DNA of 63,774 bases, filler included, from Octopus bimaculoides (Eukaryota), in assembly GCF_001194135.2 (NCBI RefSeq). It is 6 parts of 4 records of this genome, joined end to end, with 100 filler letters (N's around TTAATTAATTAA, not from the genome) between each part and the next. Parts side by side here need not be neighbours in the genome. Positions count along the whole stretch, not along the records: positions 19,185 to 41,242 come from NC_068987.1; positions 41,343 to 47,413 come from NW_026416876.1; positions 47,514 to 62,430 come from NC_068987.1; 3 more parts are not named here. One strand, 5' to 3'. Each line of letters opens with the position of its first letter. Position 1 is the first letter of the stretch. Under the pieces are notes generated by a model. The model made no database searches and was not told where the DNA came from. It saw only the letters and a program-made list of their open reading frames with translations. The position numbers and the translations under genes were made by a program. Below, piece after piece: positions 35,059 through 51,641 of the stretch.

Positions 35059-35660
35059 GTGGGATCTTTTTTAAAACGGGGGCCACATTTTTCATTAACG
35101 AAACACTTTGAAACTTGGAACACTGGTAGAATGTGTCATATAAAACATCTTTTTCTCTTAGTCTTCTTAAAAAAAAAAAGAAATCCATAAGTTATTCCAT
35201 GTTAAAGTTGTCGTATTTCTGTAATTTCAACCAATCACTGACGTCCATTCAGCCGATATACATTAAGTGCCGACTACATAAACAAACGATTCTGAAACAA
35301 TTAACCCTAACCCTAACCCTAACCCTAACCCTAGGGTTAGGGTTAGGGTTAGGGTTAGGGTTAAAGCAAATTTAAAATGAAAAAAGCAAATAAAACGAAG
35401 GTATGGAGATTAAATATGCTTTACATCGCTTAATCAGCAAAAGGAGTAAATGTAAACAACTGAATATTTGTCAGTGATTGGTTGAAATTATCGAAATAAG
35501 ACAATTTTTTACATGAAATAAATTCGAATACAAAAATATTTTTCTGTTCTATAACACAAAATAGATAAGTATACGAAGTTTGAAAGTCTTTCCGTACCAA
35601 AAACACTACGTAAAACATTAATGAAAAATGTGGCCCCCGTTTTAAAATAGATCCACCCTG
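35059..35660. mobile_element. Tc1/mariner-like MITE with a central telomere-repeat palindrome
   Basis: TIR ggatc..ttaaaacgggggccacatttttcattaa at 35062-35098 and 35618-35654, right end ..caccctgtg. An inner inverted repeat aatttcaaccaatcactgac is at about 35222 and 35470. Confidence 0.75.
35301..35364. repeat. Perfect 64-bp palindrome TTAA(CCCTAA)4CCCT-AGGG(TTAGGG)4TTAA
   Basis: Read directly from the sequence. Confidence 0.95.
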
Positions 35661-36450
35661 TGTTCTACAGTGTCACAGTGCTATTACATCATTTGTTAAG
35701 GTTATCTCTCCAGATATTTTATAGAAATTATAGCTAGCACTGATTCTTGTTACGGCGTTTCATACCCGTGACGCTTGATGTAAACAACAATGAGATCGAA
35801 GATGAAAAATGGGTAATGAGTGTGTATACGCCTTGTTTCAGGAGTTTTTTTCTTTCATCAGCACCCATCCGACCTATTAATCATCCACTAAGACATTTTT
35901 CATATTCGACCTCATTATCGTCTACATTAGGCGTCTCGGATACAAAACGTCGTAAAAGAAAATCAGTGCTGGTCATCTCTACAGATTTCTATAGAATATC
36001 TGTAGAGATGACTTCAAAAAGAGATACACTACAGAGAAACAGAGTGAAGGATGGACTCCAATGATTACTTTATTTATCAATACCTAAAGTGTCAAAAGAA
36101 AATTTGATCTTGGTGGAAAGAGCCAGACCGAATAATACTACGCAACACATTTAATCGTCCATTTTAACGGTCTTTAATTTTACTTTTATCAGGATACGTA
36201 TATAAAAACAAACGACATTACAAAACTAGGTGCTAACTAAAATGTTCTATTTCTTCTATTTTTGCTTTTATTTATTTATTTGCTAATTTATTTATTTATT
36301 TATTTAATTGTTCAGCTCTTCTCTCATACACCAGCTGCAATTGTTGTCTTGGCTTGAATATCAGTTACTGTCATATGTAACAAATAAAGCTAAGTAATTT
36401 TCACAATTAAATCAAATTATCTTTCAGACTATTCGCCAATAACAAGTATT

Positions 36451-36493
<43 letters not shown>

Positions 36494-36848
36494 ATACAGA
36501 GGGAGAGAGAGAGAGAGAGAGATACACACACACACACTCACACTCACGTATTGTGAGTGTGTGTGTGTGTATGTGTGTGTTATAGAGCAACTGTGAAGAA
36601 TTGAGGTGAATGTTCTAATAAATAAATGAATAAATAAATAAATAAACAGGTAAGCATTCTATGAATAATATGAATGAATTCGTTAAATATATAATTGCCG
36701 TTGCTGCGATTGCTGTAGTAGCTATTGTTATTCAGCATTAAGTCAACCATGATCCAGCACAGCTATGAAAAAGAGCATTCTAGCCATGACCATTCCTTCT
36801 TACTTGCGTGAGGAATTATCTAGGATTACATTATTCTTTTCTACTCTA

Positions 36849-37049
36849 CACATAAAGCCCGAAATTTTGGGGGATGGGGCCAGTCGATTAAATCGACCCC
36901 AGTGCGCAACTGGTACTTAATTTATCGACTCCGAAAAGATGAAAGGCAAAGTCGACCTCGGCGAAATTTGAACTCAGAATGTAAAGACAGACGATATACT
37001 GCTAAGCATTTCGCCCGGTGTGCTAACGTTTCTGCCAGCTCGCCGCCTT
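36849..37049 (-). mobile_element. SINE family A, full length, tail variant 2
   Basis: Ends in ctgccagctcgccgcc (reverse-complement head). Nin-like domain present. Confidence 0.9.
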
Positions 37050-37143
37050 CTAAGATTACGTAATTGGTTGAAAACAGATTTCGCTGTTGTGTCTAGTTGA
37101 TTGAGTGGCCACTGTTATTGATATTATGATTGTGGTTGTTGTT

Positions 37144-37370
37144 AAGGCAGTGAGCCGGCAGAGTTGTTAGCACGCCAGACAAAATGCTTAGCGGCATTTT
37201 TTCTGGCCATCTTTATGTACTGAGTTCAAATTCCGCTGAGGTCAACTTTTTCTTTCATCCTTTCGTGAAGCACCAGTAAAGTACTGGAATCGATGTAATT
37301 GACTCCCCCCCACCAAAAAAAAAATGAAAGAAAAACACTTTTGACTCTATGCCCAAAATCGAAATCACTA
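37144..37370 (+). mobile_element. SINE family A, diverged
   Basis: aggcagtgagccggcagagttgttagcacgcc..ctgagttcaaattccgctgaggtcaac. Confidence 0.8.
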
Positions 37371-37408
37371 TTGCCGCTGGTGTAATTGTAGGTAAAAAAT
37401 ATATATAT

Positions 37409-37860
37409 TAGCAACAGAAGTAGTATTAATACCAAGAGGTAATATTTATACCCACTTTAAGGTGGTGGCGGCATTTTGTCCATCTTTATGCTCTGAGTTC
37501 TAATTCCGCCGAGGTCGACTTTGCTTTTCATCTTTTCGGGGTCGATAAAATAAGTACCACTTGAACAGGAAGGTCGAAGTAGTCGACATATTCCTCCTTT
37601 GAAGTTGCTGGTCTTGTGCCAAAATTTGAAATCGATATTTATGCCCACTTAAACGTGTATATCTTGTTAGAACGCACTATAGTGCAGTAGATACGGTGAG
37701 AAACTCTGACATAGGCTTTTGGTGCAAAATGCTCCCTTGTTTATATTGTTAACGGGGAGACTAAAAGCTAATGTGAGAATTTCTCTCATGGTTTCTACAA
37801 CAGTACAGTTTGTTCTAACAGAGAATATCCACGTTTAAGCGAGCATAAATATCACTTAGC
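37409..37860. mobile_element. Foldback MITE (same family as 25098-25345) with a nested SINE A at 37461-37634
   Basis: The MITE sequence resumes after the SINE. An approximately 18-bp duplication atatttat(a/g)cccactt(t)aa lies at 37442-37460 and 37635-37652. Confidence 0.8.
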
Positions 37861-38404
37861 GAAATTTTTAGTTTCTGAGCAGCCGCATATGAAAAGAAGA
37901 TTGATAAACAATAGATATAACACAGAGTGAATCACTTTGGGTAGACCTCAACACCCAAGACATTTTTAGGTGTGGTCATCCATTCATTTAAGACTTAAAA
38001 AACCTGTTCTCTAACTTGATAGAGAAACAAAAAGAGTTTGTCGAGAACGATTTGCTTTTTGTATTGTATAGCTCTATTATAGCATGTCGAACTACGAATG
38101 ATGGTTTAGCTCAGTGGTTCTTAACTTTTGTTTTGTAGCGGCCCCACTTTTAAGTAGTTGTTATGCCTATCACCCACCTGAGTGGTGACTGGGGTATCAC
38201 GACTAAACTAATTTAACATGGTAATTTATAAATTATACTCTAAAAATGGATTGTATAAGCTTTTAATAGTGAAATGGTAAAAGATGAATAAAGACAGTTG
38301 TAAATTTACTTTATACATTGCAAGTGAATGACTTCCCTGGGTCCGATGATATCCCATTTTATTTTAATAACCACTACTAGTTTTATCATGTACAATATAA
38401 TTAT

Positions 38405-38711
38405 CAGTACCGGGCCGCAGACCAGTACCAAGCTGCAGAACAGAACCGGTCCGCAGACTATTACCGGGCTGTAGACCATTACCGGGCCGCAGACCAGAAC
38501 CAGGCCGTAGACCAGTACCGGGCCGCAGACCAGCACCGGGCCCCAGGCCACTACTAAGTTGCAGAACAGAAAACGAGCTGCAGTCTAGTACCGGGCCGCA
38601 GACCAGTACCAGGCCGTAGACCAGTACCAAGTTGCAGAACAGAACTGGGCTGCAGACTAGTACCGGGCCGCAGATTAATACCGGGCCGCAGAGCAGAACG
38701 GGCAGCACAGA
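38405..38711. repeat. GC-rich 18-bp minisatellite, about 17 units (cagtaccgggccgcagac)
   Basis: Units counted by eye. The variant pair accaagttgcagaa-cagaac recurs at units 2-3, 9-10 and 13-14. Confidence 0.95.
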
Positions 38712-38988
38712 AAGCATGCATTTTAAGATTTTATTTCTATTTTATTGGTTATTGCAGTCTACAGGGTGTTCTTACATTATATATGCACTATGCATATATT
38801 TAATATATTCGAGTATGTATAATTACAAGTATGCAGTAAATTACAATGTGTATAATTACAAGTACGTAATAATTACAATGTGTATTATGCACTTTATTGT
38901 GTTTTGCTATGCGTGAGATCCCTCAATAAGTGGAAAAACTGTTATACATGAAACAGGTCCGAGGTGCAAAATGGTTAGGGCTCGCTGC
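38405..38988 (+). mobile_element. hAT-Charlie (MER1-like) non-autonomous element
   Basis: Right end gtggaaaaactgttatacatgaaacaggtccgaggtgcaaaatggttagggctcgctg resembles the MER1-type 3' end. The minisatellite unit resembles the MER1-type left subterminal motif. Confidence 0.55.
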
Positions 38989-39654
38989 CTCACGGAATTA
39001 CTCGATCTCTTAGAAATAACGACCAAATATCTCTCAGTTTACACCCATGAACGCATTGGATAATATATATATATAGTCCTGAACACAGTCTAAATAGAGA
39101 GTGGGTAAGTCTAGGCTGGATCCGCCAAAGTTAGCGTTCCGCCAGGTACACACCCATAAGCACGACAACCTCGACGACGATCACGAAGACGACAACGATG
39201 ACCAACACAAACACCACCACAACCACCACCACCTCCGCCGCCGCCGCCGCCACCACAATAACAACAACATAACTTTCCAATAGAATGTGAACGTGTATTT
39301 TATAATATTTCCCGGTGAGAAATTACTAGAGTTACTATAACATTGACAAAGACACGAACGTTATGCTATCCAATTCTCCCACTCCCCCCACTCATTTACA
39401 GTCTATTACCTGAAGACCTTGTGTCTATGCAAGAGGGTACACTCTCAACAAGGCTTTATTGTTATTGTTGCTGTCGTCATTTAGCACCAGGTCAGGCCTG
39501 TGCAAACTTATGATCAAAGGTATTCTACACTATCCAATATATTTCTTATTCTAGACGGTAAGCTATGATATGAAGGACATGTGACTGCTGTTTCTAATAG
39601 AGACGAACGGCTACGTAAATACTCTCCCTGTTGGATTAGTAGAGTCTTTGGTGG

Positions 39655-39947
39655 TACTTAAGCGTGCGGTCTACCTGGCCATTTGCAATTTAGCGTTCAG
39701 TCTAACCCTAACCTTCAGTATAACCCTAATCCTAAACTCCAGCTTTTACCCTAAACCCTGACCCTACTCTCACCCTAACCCTAAAAACCTAACCTAATCC
39801 TAATCCTAAATCCTAACTCGAACACTAAACCCTAACCATAATTCTAACTACAACCCTAACCCTAATCCTAACTATGACCCTAACCCTAATCCTAACTTGG
39901 GTGTTTCACTGCGTAGACGAGATAGCGGTAGACCACACGCTAAAGTA
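39655..39947. mobile_element. Short TIR element enclosing a degenerate (CCCTAA)n array
   Basis: 21-bp inverted repeat tacttaagcgtgcggtctacc (39655-39675) / ggtagaccacacgctaaagta (39927-39947), 2 mismatches. The array runs 39700-39897. Confidence 0.7.
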
Positions 39948-40489
39948 GAACAGATTTGTTTTAACTGAATTAATCATCTAAATAGTGATTGTACTCATCA
40001 CTAAAGTCATAATTTTGATTAAATGTTTCACTTACAACACCAACTATGCGAGTGCCCTCTTTAAATAATAGTTTTACACCTACGTAAAAAAGAAAAAAGA
40101 ATAAACAGTTATAAATTTGGTAATAAATAAATTAATAAGTAAAATTGGTGTTTGTAAAGTGCAGTAAAGTTGCTCCAACAACTTTATTTTTCAGTATGAA
40201 CAAAAGGATATCTTTTACCATGGGAAGAAAATGTTTTCTCAAACTTCTGAATTGAATAAATAAGAATACAAAATATTATTATTATAAAAGAATAGCTTAT
40301 AGTTTACAACTAATAATATAAACGAATTCGTTATGACATATTTGTGTGATATAGTTATGCTTTGAAGGACAGTGTCTGGTTATTTCACATGTAGTGAGTA
40401 AGGTTTGAGTCAACAATGAAACCTGTGGGTGGTAGCTCGGCCAGTTTAAAATAGCAGCCATATTTCTTGTGAATAACATCCTATAACAG

Positions 40490-40528
40490 AGGTAGAAAAC
40501 CATTTCATGTTAGAAGATCGCATTGAAG
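40490..40528 (+). CDS. Candidate 39-nt exon (phase 1 to 1)
   Basis: catcctataacag | VENHFMLEDRIE | gaag|gtaact. Confidence 0.25.
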
Positions 40529-40566
40529 GTAACTACTGTTGATAAGATGTATTTCAATATATATAT

Positions 40567-41215
40567 ACTAGCAGCTAAACCCGGTTTCACCCGGTCTGTT
40601 TGGTTGTGGTCGTTTTCGGTTAGGCATAATCTAACCTTATCTCAACCTTATCATTTCGGGTCCCCTGTTTCGGTTGGAGCCTCTAGCTGTATGAAGATTT
40701 CACCCCGCCACCTCGTCAGAAAATGGCTTCAGGAGTTGTGAAGAAATAAATTTGTACGTAGTCTGTTTCTGAGAGCTATTCTATTGGACGTCTGTCTAAT
40801 TAAAACATTTATTTAATTATGAACATAGAAAGAAATTATATATTAATCCCAATTTTTGTAAGCAGTTGATTCCGTAANNNNNNNNNNGTGAGAAAGAGAG
40901 GCAGAGTGAGTGAGTGAAGTTGTGTGTCAGCGACTTACGTTGGCTGGCACGGCAAGTACGAAGCTTTTGAGGCGGCAGATGACAGGGGTGATTTGGAAGA
41001 TGTGAAGAAATGCCGTCTTTTCAGTAGAGTGCTTCTTTGTAGGCAACGTTTCTCGTTTTCGTTTCTGATGCACAAATGTATAGACTGTGTGGCCTGCCAA
41101 CACGGGAGCATCCAACGTAAAGTTGACCGTGGGAGAACACTTGCTCTGTGAGATTGAAACCAACCATTTGCAATGATTGACCCTGTGCCTTATAATTCTG
41201 CGTATTATGTAGTTT
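40567..41215 (+). mobile_element. Possible non-autonomous Helitron-like element
   Basis: Begins actagcagctaaacccgg after (TA)n, a 5' pattern common in invertebrate Helitron MITEs. The 3' end is not clearly resolved. Confidence 0.3.
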
Positions 41216-41342
41216 AAATGAAAAACTGTAAGGTGTGTGAGCNNNNNNNNNNNNNNNNNNNNNNNNNNNNNNNNNNNNNNNNNNNNTTAATTAATTAANN
41301 NNNNNNNNNNNNNNNNNNNNNNNNNNNNNNNNNNNNNNNNNN

Positions 41343-41522
41343 CCACCAACATCGCTTGACAACCGATGCTGGTGTGTTTATGTCCCCGTAACTTAGCGGT
41401 TCGGCAAAAGAGACCGATAGAATAAGTACTAGGCTTACAAAGAATAAGTCCTGGGGTCGATTTGCTCGACTAAAGGCGGTGCTCCAGCATGGCCAGTCAA
41501 ATGACTGAAACAAGTAAAAGAG
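41343..41522 (+). mobile_element. SINE family B 3' half
   Basis: Near-identical to 63560-63740. Confidence 0.9.
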
Positions 41523-41629
41523 TACATATAAACACACATGCAGGCATCACACACACACACACAAGTATATATAAGTACAAACATATAAATATACAACACA
41601 CGTTGCACACACATGTACATGAGTGTGTA

Positions 41630-41780
41630 TACGACGGGCTTCATTCAGTTTCTGTCAACCAGGATTTGGTCGGCTCGAGGCTATAGTAGAAGACACATGC
41701 AGAAGGTGTCACTCAGTGGAACCGAAACCGGAACCACGCGTCCGGGAAGCAAACTCTTTACCAAACGGCCATGCCTGCAC
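41630..41780 (-). mobile_element. SINE family B 5' half
   Basis: acgacgggctt..cagtttc..ttggtcggctcgaggctatagtagaagacac. Confidence 0.8.
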
Positions 41781-42239
41781 GCATACGTGTGTATGTCTGT
41801 GTGTTCGCGCCCGTGTAAATCCGATGCCCGTTTCAAAACATTCCCCTGTCCTAAATAATTTCTCAATATTCTTATTTTTACCTTGAGATTGTTGTGTCCA
41901 ACCGGCCCCGATTCGGCAGATCCATGATTAAAAATGTCCCAATCGTGATCTACTAGTATTTCGTTCTAAAACTTGTATACCAACTTACCTGTTATACTTT
42001 CATTTTTAGAACAGTAACCCAAGGACTGGCAGCATTTAACTGCTCTGTCTAGCATGTTAAGAAGCCAAGAGCATATTTTGTCATTTTAGAACTAGACGTG
42101 GGAGCAGTTGAGAATGCAATTACATGTGGAGTAACTGATTTGCTATTAGGTATTTAGCTGTTATTTCTAACAGAAGTGCGCTCTACAGGTAGCTTCACTA
42201 GTTGCTTCACTAGATGCATGCTCTCACGCGTGTATGTAC

Positions 42240-47660
<5,421 letters not shown>

Positions 47661-47797
47661 AATATTTAAGGTAAGAAAAAGTAGATGAAAACAAAAATAA
47701 AATTAAAACAATAAGATATTCGCAAATGTTATTTGAGAAAATAAGTGAAACGGAAATCTCCGCGTATAAATATGTAATACATATATAGCAGCATATA

Positions 47798-47849
<52 letters not shown>

Positions 47850-48619
47850 NNNNNNNNNNNNNNNNNNNNNNNNNNNNNNNNNNNNNNNNNNNNNNNNNNN
47901 NNNNNNNNNNNNNNNNNNNNNNNNNNNNNNNNNNNNNNNNNNNNNNNNNNNNNNNNNNNNNNNNNNNNNNNNNNNNNNNNNNNNNNNNNNNNNNNNNNNN
48001 NNNNNNNNNNNNNNNNNNNNNNNNNNNNNNNNNNNNNNNNNNNNNNNNNNNNNNNNNNNNNNNNNNNNNNNNNNNNNNNNNNNNNNNNNNNNNNNNNNNN
48101 NNNNNNNNNNNNNNNNNNNNNNNNNNNNNNNNNNNNNNNNNNNNNNNNNNNNNNNNNNNNNNNNNNNNNNNNNNNNNNNNNNNNNNNNNNNNNNNNNNNN
48201 NNNNNNNNNNNNNNNNNNNNNNNNNNNNNNNNNNNNNNNNNNNNNNNNNNNNNNNNNNNNNNNNNNNNNNNNNNNNNNNNNNNNNNNNNNNNNNNNNNNN
48301 NNNNNNNNNNNNNNNNNNNNNNNNNNNNNNNNNNNNNNNNNNNNNNNNNNNNNNNNNNNNNNNNNNNNNNNNNNNNNNNNNNNNNNNNNNNNNNNNNNNN
48401 NNNNNNNNNNNNNNNNNNNNNNNNNNNNNNNNNNNNNNNNNNNNNNNNNNNNNNNNNNNNNNNNNNNNNTATACATATATATATAGCTTATACAAGAGGA
48501 TACATAAATATGTTTATACCTATATATACATATATACGCCCACACTCATCCATCTATGTGGCTGCCCACGTATATATGTGTGTATGCATACTCTTGTAGA
48601 AGAAGCTGGTGAGGATCCA

Positions 48620-48647
48620 ACAATAATGAAGGTGCTGAAGGTTGTGT

Positions 48648-48704
<57 letters not shown>

Positions 48705-48840
48705 CGACGACGACGACACCAACGATGATGCAGACGACGTTGATGACAACGACGACGATAATAATGATGATGATGATGATGGTAGGTTGTAGGCGTTTGT
48801 CGGTGATGAGTGGTGATGGGATGGAGTTGATCGTCCTGAT
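48620..48840. repeat. (GAT)n/(GAC)n microsatellite
   Basis: Directly visible. Confidence 0.95.
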
Positions 48841-49518
48841 GGGTGGAAGTCCGGTTAGATAGAACGAGGATTATGGCCAAAGTATGTGTCGACTACTAAA
48901 AATTACAGATAAAGTTGCTTCATTTACTAAGAGCTTATTAATTTAAGGTGTAACGATTAAAGGTGTGTAGTCTTTAAAACATGGCAATTTTTCGCTGTCT
49001 CCTTAGTTTAGCTGTTTCTGCTTTGTTTTGTTATTTTCACTATCTCTTTTTACTTTCGAATTTTGTTAATTTTTTTCTGTATTATTTTATGTATTTATTT
49101 TATTTGATAAACGAAAATCTAGGTTATCAGGTATTTTCCGTTTAATTATCAAGCCAAACTTGACATGTAGTCATTAATACAGCTCTCTTAGATATCTTCA
49201 TGTATGTATATGCATGTGTGTGTCTGCATGTATGTATGCGTATACAATATATGTGTCTGTGTGTGTGCTTGTGTGGGCATGTATTATATATTATATATAT
49301 ATATATGTATGTCTCGCTCTATCTGTCTATCTATTTATCTGTCTAGCTATACATACATATATGTGTGTGGGTGTGGGTGTCAATCTACATATATATATAT
49401 ATATATGTGTGTGAGTGTGTGTGTCTGTGTGTGTGTATCTATCTATCTATAAGTGTGTGTGTTTATATATATATAATATATATATATGTGTGTGTATACA
49501 ATAATATACATATATAAA

Positions 49519-49523
49519 ATTAA

Positions 49524-49603
<80 letters not shown>
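49519..49603. repeat. (TAA)n microsatellite
   Basis: Directly visible. Confidence 0.95.
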
Positions 49604-49605
<2 letters not shown>

Positions 49606-49869
49606 GGATGAACATTTTTTAAAAATTTCATCAGTGGCCAGTATATAAAAATAGACCTGTTAAGGTCATATATACAATTATAATTATAATTATATATATA
49701 ATTATAATTAAGGGCATAGAAAAAATTGTAGCCCATAAGCTGAAAAAAGACGCTAAATCGTCTCACCTCTTTAAAGATCATCACAAAGTTACACTTGTGT
49801 TGAAATCGAGGGAGCAAGCTAACGGAAATTAATAACAATTAGACAGCTCTGAATTGATCAATTTCTGGA

Positions 49870-50560
49870 TTTGTCCAAATAGCTTTTCCTCGTCAGCAGA
49901 GCATACTTATGGGAAATAAATTATATATTTATACATACCCACAGGAAAGCAACCCGCTTGACGCTCTTCAAATGCGATGCTTGCGTACTACCACCAACAT
50001 AAAACCGATTGATCATATTCATAACAGTGAGGTGCAAACAAAATGCAACGTAACAGGTATTGAAGCCATCCTCATCAAAATACAGTGTCGTTGGTCAGGT
50101 CATCTCTCACCTATGAGTGATATCAGAATTTCGAAGCAACTTCTCTTTGGCCAATTCCCAACAGGAAGGTCAGCTTGAAGGTCACTCTTACGCTTCAAAG
50201 ACAAACTAAGAGAATATCTGAAGCAATTCAACATTCCCTTTCCTTCCTGGAAAAACAAAGCATCAGAACACACGACCTGATACCAGTCCTACTTCTCCTC
50301 ATTTCAAAGATTTGAGCAAAGTCGACTCCAACATCGGGACTAACTTCGAGCAACTATGAATGCACGCCGGCAAAACGCTGCTCCTCTAAATGTCATTATG
50401 GTTTTGTGGCACGAAGCAAAGCAAGCGTGCTGGCCATTCAAGAAAACACATAGTAAACGATCCATAAACTGAGTCTTCAACTTGTTCCACTTCCCAAAAA
50501 AGGTTTGCAAGGCACCAGCAGGCCTCAAGGGACGCATTTGTGTCCAGAGAACATGATTAC
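49870..50560 (+). pseudogene. Decayed BovB/RTE-like LINE 3' ORF
   Basis: LDALQMRCLR..HNSEVQTKCNVTGIEAILIKIQCRWSGHLSPMSDIRISKQLLFGQFPTG..LRFKDKL, plus a degenerate terminal zinc finger (KVCKAPAGLK). Confidence 0.8.
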
Positions 50561-50639
50561 TGCTTTATTTTACTGAACCCTCACTTGTCGTTCACGATGA
50601 GAGAATGTATCATATGTATATATATATAGGTATGTGTCA

Positions 50640-51235
50640 TTGTGTTTGTGTTGTGTTTGTTCCCCAACACTGTTTGACAGATCATGTTGGACTATTTATA
50701 TCCCCGTAATTTAGCGATTCGACATAAGAGAGCTATGGAATAAGTACCGGGTTTAAAAAATAAGTACCGGGTTTAAAAAATAAGTACCTGCGGGTGGTGG
50801 AGGCGCAATGGCCCAGTGGTTAGGGCAGCGGACTCGCGGTCGTAGGATCGCGGTTTCGATACCTAGACCGGACGTTTTGAGTGTTTATTGAGCGAAAACA
50901 CCTAAAGCTCCACGAGACTCTGGCAGGAGATGGTGGCGAACCCTGCTGTACTCTTTCACCACAACTTTCTCTCACTCTTACTTCCTGTTTCTGTTGTGCC
51001 TGTAATTCAAAGGGTCAGCCTTGTCACACTGTGTCACGCTGAATATCCCCCGAGAACTACGTTAAGGGTACATGTGTCTGTGGAGTGCTCAGCCACTTGC
51101 ACGTTAATTTCACGAGCAGGCTGTTCCGTTGATCAGGTCAACTAGAATCCTCGACGTCGTAAGCGACGGAGTGCCAACAACCTGCGGGTGATTTGTTCGA
51201 CTAAGCCGTAGTCCAATGACTGAAGCAAGTAATAA
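50640..51235 (+). mobile_element. Degenerate SINE family B 3' half, interrupted by a younger SINE
   Basis: gaataagtacc..gatttgttcgactaa..aatgactgaagcaagtaa resumes at 51191. Confidence 0.7.
50797..51179 (+). mobile_element. tRNA-derived SINE (third family) with (CAA) tail, intact insertion
   Basis: Head ggaggcgcaatggcccagtggttagggcagcgg..ggtttcgatacc, tail gacggagtgccaacaa. 11-bp TSD acctgcgggtg at 50786-50796 and 51180-51190. Confidence 0.85.
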
Positions 51236-51641
51236 ATAAAAAAATAACAGATAAATCACGTTAACAATTCAAGAAACCTCTGCAATTAATTACACATACA
51301 TGTGTGTGAGCGTCTGTATCTGCATATGCGTATGTGTGTATTTACGTGCATAGTTGTGTATTTGTATGAGTGTGAGTTCACAGTATCTAATTTGGATTTC
51401 GTGTGCAACAAGAACAGAACACGTACAAAAGAACAACCCATACAACGATGATCAATGTTGCGAGAAACTGATTTCAGAGTAAGCTTGTTCGACGTTCCAT
51501 CCAAGAAAGCCATACAAACACACTTATATGAAAGACTAACTAGAGGAGCTGAAATTTTCTGTAATGAAGGAAAACGAAAGAAGAATGTAACAAGGGAGTT
51601 AATTCGGAGAGATACGAACTTAAGTTTAATTATTACTCTAC

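Noticed and set aside
35301-35364. Telomere-telomere fusion scar
   Set aside because: The orientation is opposite to a fusion and the array sits inside a TIR element.
38306-38717. Repetitive protein (GPVLVC / PGTGLR) ORFs; CRISPR-like array
   Set aside because: Open frames follow from the 18-bp period. There are no unique spacers, no splice or start support, and the context is eukaryotic.
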